In this document: positions 30,399 through 39,507 of the stretch, piece after piece
Position numbering within the stretch: position 1 is the stretch's first letter
Layout of the letters: each line of letters starts with the position of its first letter
Source: Minisyncoccota bacterium
GTDB lineage: Bacteria > Patescibacteriota > Minisyncoccia > Phycocordibacterales > XYD1-FULL-46-19
NCBI GenBank assembly: GCA_041649495.1
Contig: JBAZMZ010000001.1
Span: 623 to 64,622 of the forward strand
Length of the DNA stretch: 64,000 nucleotides
Direction: 5' to 3'
Translations under genes and position numbers: made by a program
The notes under the pieces: generated by a model
What the model was told of the DNA's origin: nothing
Database searches by the model: none
The model's input: only the letters and a program-made list of their open reading frames with translations

Positions 30399-31007
30399 AT
30401 GAAGAAATTAGGATTTTTGGTTCTCGCTTTGTCTTTGGTCCTCGTCTTGAGCTCAGTCGTCTCGGCGGCTGGTTTGGTGGCGACGATCACCTCCCCAACG
30501 GCTGGGGCGACCTATAGCGTTGGACAAACTATTAACCTTTCCGCGACGAGCGCCAGTGCTGTGGGTGCCGTTAATTATATTTGGTCTTTCAGTGATGGCA
30601 CCACTAGCCGGACTGGTCAGACTCAAGCCGTGGCTTTTACCACGGCTGGTGCCAAGACCATTACTTTAATGGCTGGCGATGCTTCAGGGGCTAATAGCAC
30701 TAAGACGGTTGGTGTCACAATCAACGCTGTTGCTTCTAATCGACCAGTTATCTCTAATATTGCCACGAGCAATATTACCCAAACTGGTGTGACGATTACT
30801 TGGACCACCGATATCCCCGCTTCGAGCCGAGTTATTTATGACTCGACTAGTCACGCTGATATTACGGGCGCGACTGCGCCGAATTTTGGTTACGTTGCTT
30901 CGACTCCCGAAACGGATGTTGAGACTAAAGTAACCAGCCACTCGGTGACGATCTCGGGCTTAAGTCCCGCCACCAAGTATTATTTCCGCGTTTTGTCGCA
31001 AGGCTAA
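30399..31007 (+). CDS. Secreted PKD + FnIII protein ending right after the YYFRV strand
   Basis: Signal peptide; NYIWSFSDG (PKD); ITWTTD..HSVTISGLSPATKYYFRVLSQG-stop. Confidence 0.8.
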   Translation: MKKLGFLVLALSLVLVLSSVVSAAGLVATITSPTAGATYSVGQTINLSATSASAVGAVNYIWSFSDGTTSRTGQTQAVAFTTAGAKTITLMAGDASGANSTKTVGVTINAVASNRPVISNIATSNITQTGVTITWTTDIPASSRVIYDSTSHADITGATAPNFGYVASTPETDVETKVTSHSVTISGLSPATKYYFRVLSQG

Positions 31008-31018
31008 TTCACTTTCGC

Positions 31019-31068
31019 AAAATCAAGGACCGCCCTTGCTTATCCAAGCAAGGGCGGTCCTTGATTTT
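31019..31068. repeat. 50-bp perfect inverted repeat (doublet of AAGG-N5-CCTT cores), probable terminator
   Basis: 23-bp arms AAAATCAAGGACCGCCCTTGCTT with an ATCC loop. Confidence 0.85.
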
Positions 31069-31120
31069 TAGTCACAGCCAGGTGTCACCTTTTTGTTGCT
31101 ATGTTATTATAAACAACGAA

Positions 31121-32005
31121 ATGAAACTACAAGAAAATTTTTTGTTATCTAAAATCACTACTTTTCAATTAGGTGGGCCGGCCAAGTTTTATTTGAAAGT
31201 GAGAACGCCCGAAGAGGCGGTGGCGGCGGTTTTAATCGCGCAAGACAAAAAAATTAAATACCACTTGGTGGGAGGTGGGAGTAATCTCGTTTTTAATGAT
31301 GAAGGTTTTGCCGGGCTGGTGATTCATTGGCAGATAGCTAGACCGAGTCTAGCTGATATCATGGTTAAGAAGAAAGAGCGGGAAATTATTGTTTCGGCGG
31401 TAATTAAATTAGCCGATTTGATTAAAACAGCGAACAAAAATGGTTTGGCTGGTTTAGAAAAATTGGCCGGGATTCCCGGTCAAGTGGGGGGCGCGGTGGT
31501 CGGCAATGCCGGCGCTTATGGTCAAGCGATCAGTGATCGTTTGCGCTGGGTGGAAGTTTTCGATGGCCAACGGGTTCGACGCCTGACCAAGAAAAATTGT
31601 TGTTTTGATTATCGCGAGAGTATTTTCAAAAAAAATAAGTGGTTAGTTTTGCGGGTCGCTTTTAAATTAAAAAAAGGTCAGGCTCAAAATTTAATTAAAG
31701 AAAGTCAAAAAATTACCAAAATTCGCTGGGCCAAATTTGGCCAACATCCGATTTGCGCTGGCAGTTTTTTTAAAAATGTTTATCAAAACGGCGAGCGTCT
31801 TCCCACGGCGACTTTAATCGAACAAGCGGGCGCGATTAATTTAAAAGCTGGTGGTATTAGTGTCGCGCCGTGGCATCATAATTTTTTAATCAACGATGGT
31901 TCGGGCACGACGCGTGATTTAAAAAAATTAGCGAAGCGTTTAAAAAAAGTTGTCCACCAAAAACTAGGGATTGAACTGGCAGAAGAGGTGCGGTTCGTAG
32001 TATAA
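31121..32005 (+). CDS. murB: UDP-N-acetylenolpyruvoylglucosamine reductase
   Basis: GGGSNL, GIPGQVGGA..NAGAYG, FDYRES, AGSFFKN; start at MKLQEN. Confidence 0.93.
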   Translation: MKLQENFLLSKITTFQLGGPAKFYLKVRTPEEAVAAVLIAQDKKIKYHLVGGGSNLVFNDEGFAGLVIHWQIARPSLADIMVKKKEREIIVSAVIKLADLIKTANKNGLAGLEKLAGIPGQVGGAVVGNAGAYGQAISDRLRWVEVFDGQRVRRLTKKNCCFDYRESIFKKNKWLVLRVAFKLKKGQAQNLIKESQKITKIRWAKFGQHPICAGSFFKNVYQNGERLPTATLIEQAGAINLKAGGISVAPWHHNFLINDGSGTTRDLKKLAKRLKKVVHQKLGIELAEEVRFVV

Positions 32006-32060
32006 TAAAAATAAGTTATTACTAAATTTGTTATTAGTTTTACTAATTAAAAATTTTTTT

Positions 32061-33020
32061 ATGAAAAAACATATTTTCTTTTTTGGTGGCTTAGTGATTG
32101 TGGTGATCCTTATCGCGTTGGCGCTAACTTTTAATCAGGTTGGTTGGCCCTCCGTTTTTAATTCTCAAACTGTAACCGGTTTTGGTGGGGGATTGGGCGA
32201 AAGTTTTTCCGCTGACTCTAATTTAAAAATCGCGACGGCTGATCGAGCGATGGCACCATCAGCTACGGCCGAAATTTTGCCCCGCCAAGTAACGAAAACT
32301 GGCAACCTAAGTATTTTGGTTACGACCGCTGAAGACACGGCGCAAAATATTCAAGCCATTGCCGAGAGCGTCGCGGGGTATGTCAGTGATACCTATCTTT
32401 ACGAAGTCACGACCGGAGTTAAAGCGGGCGCCATCACCATTCGTGTCCCAGCCGACAAATTTGACCAGACTCTCTCCCGCATCAAAGAGTTGGCCATTAA
32501 GGTTGAATCTGAAAATATTAATGCCAATGATGTTACCGATCAATTTATCGATCTCGAAGCCCGTCTGAAAAATCTTGAAGCGCAAGAAGATCAATATCTC
32601 GGTATTTTGAAAAAGGCGACCGCGGTGGAAGATGTTTTGAAAGTGACCAACCAATTGAATCAAGTCCGTCAACAAATTGACAGTTGGCAAGGCCAGCTCA
32701 AATATCTCAATAGTCAAATTGACTTGTCCACGATTACAGTTAATTTGACCGCCGAAAAAGAAGTTCAGATCTTTGGTCTCCATTGGCGTCCAATTACGGT
32801 GGTTAAGCAAGCGGTCCGCTCGCTCTTAAACGGTTTAGTTCATTACGCTAATTTGATTATTGCTATTATTATCTTCTTGCCGGTCATTGCTCTCTGGCTG
32901 ATTACCCTCCTGCTCATCGCCTGGCTTATCTGGTGGGTGGTCAAAAAATTAAAATCAAAGAAACTCCCGCTCATTCAAGCACCAACCAAAAAGAAAACCA
33001 AGAAACTGGTTGCGAAATAA
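32061..33020 (+). CDS. DUF4349-like membrane protein
   Basis: ITIRVPA, DVTDQFIDLEARL, coiled coil, C-terminal TM. Confidence 0.75.
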   Translation: MKKHIFFFGGLVIVVILIALALTFNQVGWPSVFNSQTVTGFGGGLGESFSADSNLKIATADRAMAPSATAEILPRQVTKTGNLSILVTTAEDTAQNIQAIAESVAGYVSDTYLYEVTTGVKAGAITIRVPADKFDQTLSRIKELAIKVESENINANDVTDQFIDLEARLKNLEAQEDQYLGILKKATAVEDVLKVTNQLNQVRQQIDSWQGQLKYLNSQIDLSTITVNLTAEKEVQIFGLHWRPITVVKQAVRSLLNGLVHYANLIIAIIIFLPVIALWLITLLLIAWLIWWVVKKLKSKKLPLIQAPTKKKTKKLVAK

Positions 33021-33061
33021 TCACTCTTTATCTCGTCGGTTAATTGTGTATAATTAACCTT

Positions 33062-34546
33062 ATGTCATATAAACCCACCATTGGGCTGGAGATTCATGTG
33101 GAGTTGAAGACGGCGACGAAGATGTTTTGTCGGTGTCAGAATAATCCAGCCCTTTCGACTTCGCTCAGGGCAGGCGAAACACGACCTAATATTAATATCT
33201 GTCCCGTTTGTACGGCCCAGCCGGGAGCATTGCCGGTTATTAATAAAGAGGCGGTGCGACAGGTTTTGCGCGTCGGCGTGGCTTTGAACGGGACGGTGGC
33301 GGACTTTACCGAATTTGATCGCAAAAATTATTTTTATCCCGATATCCCAAAGGGTTATCAGATTAGTCAATACAAATACCCGCTCATTTCTGGCGGTGAA
33401 TTAAACGGCGTTAAGATTACCAGAATTCATCTTGAAGAAGATACGGCCAAATCGACGCATAGCGACAAAGCTGATGAAAGTTATATTGATTTTAATCGCT
33501 CGAGTTTGCCCTTGATGGAGTTGGTGACCGAACCGGTGATTCATGATGGTCAGACGGCTTCGGCGTTTGCCAAAGAATTGCAGACGCTGATGCGCTATCT
33601 CGGCGCGTCAGAAGCGAATATGGAAAAAGGGCAGATGCGGATTGAGGCGAATATCTCGGTGGCTCGTTCCAACGTTCTTGGCACCAAGGTTGAGGTGAAA
33701 AATCTCAATTCTTTTAAGTCGGTGGAGAAAGCGATTGATTTCGAAATTGCGCGCCAAATCGAAGTTTTAGAAAATGGGGATAAGGTAATACAGGAGACGC
33801 GGGGTTGGGACGAAAATAAACAAATCACTTTCAGCCAACGGCTCAAGGAGTCGTCGCATGATTATCGTTATTTCCCTGATCCGGATTTACCCAAACTTTT
33901 TTTAAGCGAAATTCCCGAATTTAGTCTCGAGGCGATTAAAAAATCTTTGCCCGAATTGCCGTGGGAGCGACGCCAACATTTTACCGAGCAACTTGGTTTG
34001 AAATCAGAAGATGTTGAAGTCTTTGTGCAAAGTCATAAATTAGCCGAATTTTTCCGCGCCGTCGCCGAAAAATTGGTGCCCAAGGGGAACCCTTTGGGAG
34101 CCGTTCAAGGGTTCCCCTTGGGCCCTTTGGCCGAGGCCTACCTTCAGTCTGCCGTCAATTATCTCACGACTGATTTGCTGGGACTGGCGCCCACGCCCGA
34201 TGAATTAACTTTGCCCGAACCGAGCGATTATGCCGAGCTGATTAAAATGGTGGTCGAGAAAGAAGTTTCTTCGCGGGGGGCCAAAGACATTTTGGCGGTG
34301 ATGTTGCGCGAGGGAGGCGAGCCAAGAGTGATTGCCAGGGCGAAAGGCTTGTTCCAAGTTCATGACGAAGGCGCGATCTCGACGATTATTGATGAGGTGA
34401 TAAAGAAAAACGAAGCAGTTTTTGCCGAATTTAAGGCCGGCAAAGAAAAATCACTTCAATTCTTGATTGGCCAAGCGATGAAAGCCAGTCATGGTTCTGC
34501 CAATCCCGAATTACTCAAAAAACTGTTGCAAAATAAGGCGAAATAG
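33062..34546 (+). CDS. gatB: Asp/Glu-tRNA amidotransferase subunit B
   Basis: IGLEIHVEL, FDRKNYFYPD.PKGYQISQ, HLEED, DYRYFPDPDLP. Confidence 0.97.
   Translation: MSYKPTIGLEIHVELKTATKMFCRCQNNPALSTSLRAGETRPNINICPVCTAQPGALPVINKEAVRQVLRVGVALNGTVADFTEFDRKNYFYPDIPKGYQISQYKYPLISGGELNGVKITRIHLEEDTAKSTHSDKADESYIDFNRSSLPLMELVTEPVIHDGQTASAFAKELQTLMRYLGASEANMEKGQMRIEANISVARSNVLGTKVEVKNLNSFKSVEKAIDFEIARQIEVLENGDKVIQETRGWDENKQITFSQRLKESSHDYRYFPDPDLPKLFLSEIPEFSLEAIKKSLPELPWERRQHFTEQLGLKSEDVEVFVQSHKLAEFFRAVAEKLVPKGNPLGAVQGFPLGPLAEAYLQSAVNYLTTDLLGLAPTPDELTLPEPSDYAELIKMVVEKEVSSRGAKDILAVMLREGGEPRVIARAKGLFQVHDEGAISTIIDEVIKKNEAVFAEFKAGKEKSLQFLIGQAMKASHGSANPELLKKLLQNKAK
33149..33174 (+). repeat. Family B element in gatB, ALSTSLRAG
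   Basis: GCCCTTTCGACTTCGCTCAGGGCAGG. Confidence 0.85.
34078..34123. repeat. Family A palindromic doublet in gatB, PKGNPLGAVQGFPLG
   Basis: GCCCAAGGGGAACCCTT-TGGGAGCCGTTC-AAGGGTTCCCCTTGGGC. Confidence 0.9.
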
Positions 34547-34575
34547 GCGAAAGGCCAGATCGGCTCCGATTTTGC

Positions 34576-34603
34576 TTGACAAATAATAGCGTTATGCTAT
34601 ACT
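34576..34603 (+). promoter_or_regulatory. Sigma70-type promoter of a GC-rich islet
   Basis: TTGACA-16nt-TATACT with TG extension. Confidence 0.6.
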
Positions 34604-34694
34604 GGAAGAGTATATGTTCCTTGTGTTCTTAGGAGAGTGGCTAGCTCGATCGAGTGTCGACGAGTTAGCCCAGACGACAATGGAGGAAAGTCCC

Positions 34695-34796
34695 ATGCGC
34701 ATTCGTGGTTCCACGTTCCAACTCCCCTCGCCCCCCAATATGACGATTAAGGATGACGCGTTCGTCGCCGGCATCGCGGCCGCCGCGCGAGCCTAG
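34695..34796 (+). CDS. Possible 33-aa small protein
   Basis: GGAGG 8 nt before the ATG; no recognisable motif. Confidence 0.35.
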   Translation: MRIRGSTFQLPSPPNMTIKDDAFVAGIAAAARA

Positions 34797-35080
34797 CCTC
34801 GCCAGGAGGCAGGCCCCGCACGAAAGGAGTTCGTTATGAAGATTTTGGGTAGACCGCCGTAACGGCGGCCACAGAGTCGCTCCGTCTAAGGTTCTCGAGT
34901 CTCGCACAGGCATTGCGAACGCCATCGGCGTCGTCGCGTCGGCCCTGCGAGACTCGGGGCCTTTTTTGTTTCAGCTATTTTTTTGCTAAAATCGAGATAA
35001 ACCCCATTAGAAATTTCACAATTTTTTTAATGTGCTAGAATAGGGTGTTGAGGGATTATTAAAATAAATTTATAAAAATT

Positions 35081-36136
35081 ATGGCCAGTCAAATTTCTAA
35101 CGGGGCGAGAAAAGTAAAAGTGGGGATTAATGGTCTGGGGCGAATTGGTCGGGCGTTTCTTAAATTGGCGATTAAAAATCCGGACCTTCAAATTGTTGGC
35201 GTTAATGATTTGGGCGATTTGGCCAACATCGCTTATCTTTTGAAATACGATAGCGCCTATGGCCAATTTGCGGGGACAATCGAAACGAAAAATGATGGAG
35301 CGGGTCAAGCGTTAATTGTTAATGGTCAAACCATCAAATTTTTACAAGAAAAAGATCCCGCTCAATTACCGTGGGGCGAGTTGATGGTGGATGTGGTGGT
35401 GGAGTCAACGGGGGTTTTCGAAACTTACGCGAAGGCCAAGGCTCACTTGGATGCTGGTGCCCGCAAGGTGGTAATTTCGGCACCAGTCAAAGATGAGCCA
35501 GTGGCGGGCGTGCCCGGTGGCACTTTCTTAATTAATATCAATGACGAAAAATTGAGCGACCAAGTCATGACTTCGAACGGTTCCTGCACGACTAATTGCG
35601 CCGCGCCAGTAATCAAAATTTTAGATGAAGCGCTCGGCGTTGAGAAGGCGTTACTTAATACGATCCATGGTTATACCGCGACGCAAAAATTGGTGGATGT
35701 GGCTGATGTCAAAGATTGGCGTCGGGGCCGGGCGGGGGCGGTTAACCTAATTCCCTCCACGACGGGTGCGGCGGTCGCAGTCGGGCAAGTCATCCCGCAA
35801 GTTCAGGGCAAATTTGATGGCATCGCCATTCGGGTGCCGGTCATTACCGGTTCGATGATTGATGTCACTTTTATCGCTAAGCGACCCACGTCAGTTGAGG
35901 AAGTCAATGTTATTTTAGAAAAAGCTTCCACTCTGCCCCAATGGCAAAAAACTTTTAGCGTGACGAAAGAAGCGCTCGTTTCCTCTGATATTCTTGGTAG
36001 CCCGTTTGCTTCCATTGCCGACTTATCTTATACCAAAGTCGTGGGCGGTAATCTCGTCAAAGTGATGGCTTGGTACGACAACGAAGCCGGTTATACCAAT
36101 ACGCTCGTGGAGCATGTGCTAAAATTGGGACAATAG
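35081..36136 (+). CDS. gap: Glyceraldehyde-3-phosphate dehydrogenase
   Basis: GINGLGRIGR, SNGSCTTNC, WYDNE. Confidence 0.97.
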   Translation: MASQISNGARKVKVGINGLGRIGRAFLKLAIKNPDLQIVGVNDLGDLANIAYLLKYDSAYGQFAGTIETKNDGAGQALIVNGQTIKFLQEKDPAQLPWGELMVDVVVESTGVFETYAKAKAHLDAGARKVVISAPVKDEPVAGVPGGTFLININDEKLSDQVMTSNGSCTTNCAAPVIKILDEALGVEKALLNTIHGYTATQKLVDVADVKDWRRGRAGAVNLIPSTTGAAVAVGQVIPQVQGKFDGIAIRVPVITGSMIDVTFIAKRPTSVEEVNVILEKASTLPQWQKTFSVTKEALVSSDILGSPFASIADLSYTKVVGGNLVKVMAWYDNEAGYTNTLVEHVLKLGQ

Positions 36137-36151
36137 TGTTATAATTAACTC

Positions 36152-36640
36152 ATGACTATTTACTTGGGTACTGACCATGCGGGGTTTGAATTGAAGGAGC
36201 AGATTAAAGATTATCTGAAGGGAAAGGGTTTGGCTGTGCAAGACCAAGGCGCTTTTACTTTGGATCCCGAAGATGATTACACCGATTATGTGAAAATTGT
36301 GGCCAAAATGGTTCAGGGTGATTCGGAGAGTCGGGGGATAATTTTGGGTGGGTCTGGTCAAGGTGAGGCGATTTGTGCTAACCGGTTTAAGGGCGTGCGG
36401 GCGGCGCTTTATTATGGTCCCTCGGCTTCACTCGGGACAAGTGGTCCGCTCGATATTATTAAACTTTCGCGTGAACATAATGACACTAATGTTTTGTCGC
36501 TGGGTGCGCGGTTTTTGAATTTTGAGCAAGCCAAAGAAGTGATTGATTTGTGGTTGGCCACACCGTTTTCTCAAGACCCTCGTCATGTTCGGCGGATTAA
36601 AGAGATTGATGACGATGAATCAATGGGGCGAGTTATCTAA
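36152..36640 (+). CDS. rpiB: Ribose-5-phosphate isomerase B
   Basis: DHAGFELK, GGSGQGE, SREHND.NVL.LGAR. Confidence 0.9.
   Translation: MTIYLGTDHAGFELKEQIKDYLKGKGLAVQDQGAFTLDPEDDYTDYVKIVAKMVQGDSESRGIILGGSGQGEAICANRFKGVRAALYYGPSASLGTSGPLDIIKLSREHNDTNVLSLGARFLNFEQAKEVIDLWLATPFSQDPRHVRRIKEIDDDESMGRVI
36418..36441 (+). repeat. 24-nt family B element, in frame, PSASLGTS
   Basis: TCCCTCGGCTTCACTCGGGACAAG. Confidence 0.75.
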
Positions 36641-36674
36641 TCCCTAAATACTAGATACTAAATACTAAACCAAC

Positions 36675-37337
36675 ATGGAAATAATTCCCTCGATCATTGC
36701 GGATAATTTTGAAGAAGTCAAAACTCGATTGATTCGCGTCGAGGGTTTAGTGGACTGGGTCGAATTGGATATTGCCGATGGTGTTTTTGTACCGAGTTTT
36801 ACTTGGCCAATGTTGTTAGGGCAAGCCCCCGAGGATTTAAAAGAGGTTGACGGCAAAACCAAAATCAGTGCCCATTTAATGGTTGAACACCCCGAAACTT
36901 TGATTGACGACCCCTCAACTCCGTTCGGGGCAAGTTGGCAGGAGGTAGTTGATCGCCTTATTATTCATTACGAATCGACGGACGAGATTGAAAAAATAAT
37001 CGAAACCAAAGGCGCGCATATTAGTCTTGGTTTGGCGCTTGAATTGGCCACGCCAGTTGAAAAAATTTATCATTATTTAGATAGAGTAAAATTAGTTCAA
37101 TTAATGAGTATCGAACGCGTTGGTTACTCGGGTGAAAAATTTGACGAACGAGTCTTTGAAAAAATTAAAACGCTTAAAACCAATTGGCCAGATGTCAAAA
37201 TAATTATTGATGGCGGGATTGATCTGGAAATTGGCCGGCGCCTCAAAGAAGTTGGTGCCGATGGTCTCGTGATTGGCTCCCGCATTTGGCAGGCGCCCAA
37301 TATCGAAGAAACAATTAAAAGTTTCCAAAATTTGTGA
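36675..37337 (+). CDS. rpe: Ribulose-phosphate 3-epimerase
   Basis: IIPSI, DIADGVFVP, AHLMV, IDGGI. Confidence 0.88.
   Translation: MEIIPSIIADNFEEVKTRLIRVEGLVDWVELDIADGVFVPSFTWPMLLGQAPEDLKEVDGKTKISAHLMVEHPETLIDDPSTPFGASWQEVVDRLIIHYESTDEIEKIIETKGAHISLGLALELATPVEKIYHYLDRVKLVQLMSIERVGYSGEKFDERVFEKIKTLKTNWPDVKIIIDGGIDLEIGRRLKEVGADGLVIGSRIWQAPNIEETIKSFQNL
36911..36934 (+). repeat. 24-nt family B element, in frame, PSTPFGAS
   Basis: CCCCTCAACTCCGTTCGGGGCAAG. Confidence 0.8.
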
Positions 37338-38188
37338 TTCTTACTGACGATAAATTAAAATATTTAGAAACGAAAGCGCGAGAAATTAGACGCTCGATTA
37401 TTTCGATGTTGGTCGAGGCGCGATCGGGGCATACGGCGGGGGCACTTGGTATGGCCGATATTTTCACGGCCCTTTATTTTGGTTTACTTAATCACGACCC
37501 TAAGAGGCCTGATTGGGAGGGGAGAGATCGGGTGGTTTTATCAAATGGCCATATTTGCCCGGTTTTGTATGCGACTTTGGCCGAAGCCGGTTATTTTGAG
37601 AAAAAAGAATTAATGACTCTTCGTAAATATGGTTCGCGTTTACAGGGCCATCCGCATCGGGAATTTTTCCCGTTGGCCGAGACTAGTTCTGGTCCGCTCG
37701 GTGAGGGTTTGGCGCAAGCGGTGGGGATGGCTTTGGCTGACCGTCTCGATGTCGTCTCAATCCGCCTCGCCGGCGGGCCGGTCTTACACCGTTTTTTCTA
37801 TTGTTTAATGAGCGATGGCGAATTACAAGAGGGCTCGACTTGGGAGGCGGTGATGTTAGCGGGCAAAGAAAAACCGCATAATTTAATCGCGATTATCGAT
37901 CGCAATAATATCCAAATTGATGGTCAAACTGAAGATGTGATGCCTCTCGAACCGTTGGTTGACAAATGGCGGGCATTTGGTTGGCAAGTGATCGAGATTG
38001 ATGGGCACAGTTTTCCCGAAATTTTTGACGCCGTGGGGATGGCCAAATCGGTTTTTAATCGTCCGTCGGTGATCATTGCTCACACCACGCCCGGCAAAGG
38101 TGTGCCCGAATTCGAAAACAAATTCGAATGGCACGGCAAAACACCAACAAAAGAAGAAGGGAGGCAGGCACTTGATGAAATAAATTAG
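37334..38188 (+). CDS. Transketolase N-terminal subunit
   Basis: SGH, LSNGH, LQGHP, SDGELQEG..N TPP motif. Confidence 0.93.
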   Translation: MILTDDKLKYLETKAREIRRSIISMLVEARSGHTAGALGMADIFTALYFGLLNHDPKRPDWEGRDRVVLSNGHICPVLYATLAEAGYFEKKELMTLRKYGSRLQGHPHREFFPLAETSSGPLGEGLAQAVGMALADRLDVVSIRLAGGPVLHRFFYCLMSDGELQEGSTWEAVMLAGKEKPHNLIAIIDRNNIQIDGQTEDVMPLEPLVDKWRAFGWQVIEIDGHSFPEIFDAVGMAKSVFNRPSVIIAHTTPGKGVPEFENKFEWHGKTPTKEEGRQALDEIN

Positions 38189-38505
38189 TAAAAGTCTTTC
38201 AAAAGATAAGGTGCCCCGCGTTTCCTTGGGGCACCGAGTGTTCGAGCACCGGTAACAAGATTGGCCTTCTCTTGCTTTATATTGGGCTAGGAGACGGGGG
38301 AAGCCCGCTCAGGGATCGCCGGTGCATCAATCCTTTTCACCTCTCATTTTAATCTAGCAAATCTATTAATAATATGCAAATATTGAGGGGGTAGTTTTAA
38401 ATCAACTTCAAAATTACCTGGCAAGATTTGTTACCAAAATTTACAATTGTTAATTTTGGTAGTGAGAGGTGGTTTTCGTTTGACGATTGTTTTATAATTA
38501 AAGAA

Positions 38506-39507
38506 ATGAATCTCAACCCTAAAATTTATGAGTTAAACGTTGAACAGAAAGCAATTCGCGAGGGGTTTGGCGAGGGGGTGATTGAAGCGGGGGAGAGGGA
38601 TAAGAAGGTGGTAGTGTTGTGCGCGGACTTGAAGGAGTCAACGCGGGTTGAAGAATTTTCGCAGAAATTCCCTGACCGATTTTTTGAATTGGGGGTCGCT
38701 GAACAAAATTTAGCGAGCGTGGCGTCGGGGTTGGCCTCGATGGGTAAAGTGCCCTTCATTGCCTCGTATGCGATTTTTTCACCCGGGCGGAATTGGGAAA
38801 TGATTCGGACGACGATTTGTTATAACCAGACCAATGTCAAAATTGTTGGCGCGCACGCGGGGTTGAATGTTGGTCCCGATGGTGGGTCGCACCAAATGCT
38901 CGAGGATATTGCTTTAACCCGAGTTTTACCCAGAATGACGGTCGTCGTGCCTTGTGATGCAGTTGAAGCGAAGAAGGCGACTCTGGCTCTGGCCGAAATG
39001 GTTGGCCCGAGTTATCTTCGTCTGGCGCGTGCCAAGAGTCCGATCGTGACGACTGACGAGGCGTCGTTTGAGATTGGAAAAGCTGAAGTTTTGCTTGATG
39101 ATGAAAAACCAGAAGTGGCGATTATCGCTTGTGGTCTCTTGGTTTATAATTCTTTAATGGCGGCGCGCAAATTGGCGCGCGAGGGGATCAAAGTTTCAGT
39201 CATCAATAATCACACTATTAAACCACTAGATGAAAAAACAATTTTAGAAGCTGTAAAAAAAACTTGCCCGCCAATGGGCGGGGTCGGGGCGGTTGTCACT
39301 TGCGAAGAACATCAAAAAGCGGGCGGTTTGGGTAGCGTGGTGGCGGAATTTTTGGCGCAAAATTATCCCGTGCCAATCGAATTTGTGGGTGTCGCCGACC
39401 GCTTTGGCCAATCTGGCGAACCGGCCGAATTAATGGAACATTATGGTCTCGGGGTTGATGATATTATTGAAGCGGTAAAAAAGGTAATTAAAAGAAAGAC
39501 TACTTAA
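38506..39507 (+). CDS. Transketolase C-terminal subunit
   Basis: GVAEQN, GPDGGSHQ, YLRL, EEH..GGLGS; start moved to MNLNPK. Confidence 0.93.
   Translation: MNLNPKIYELNVEQKAIREGFGEGVIEAGERDKKVVVLCADLKESTRVEEFSQKFPDRFFELGVAEQNLASVASGLASMGKVPFIASYAIFSPGRNWEMIRTTICYNQTNVKIVGAHAGLNVGPDGGSHQMLEDIALTRVLPRMTVVVPCDAVEAKKATLALAEMVGPSYLRLARAKSPIVTTDEASFEIGKAEVLLDDEKPEVAIIACGLLVYNSLMAARKLAREGIKVSVINNHTIKPLDEKTILEAVKKTCPPMGGVGAVVTCEEHQKAGGLGSVVAEFLAQNYPVPIEFVGVADRFGQSGEPAELMEHYGLGVDDIIEAVKKVIKRKTT

Noticed and set aside
34683-34693. GAGGAAAGTCC, the RNase P RNA 5' signature
   Set aside because: I found no matching 3' P4 strand (ACAGAA..CGGCTTA-like), and the motif doubles as an SD before an ATG. Not called without a covariance search.
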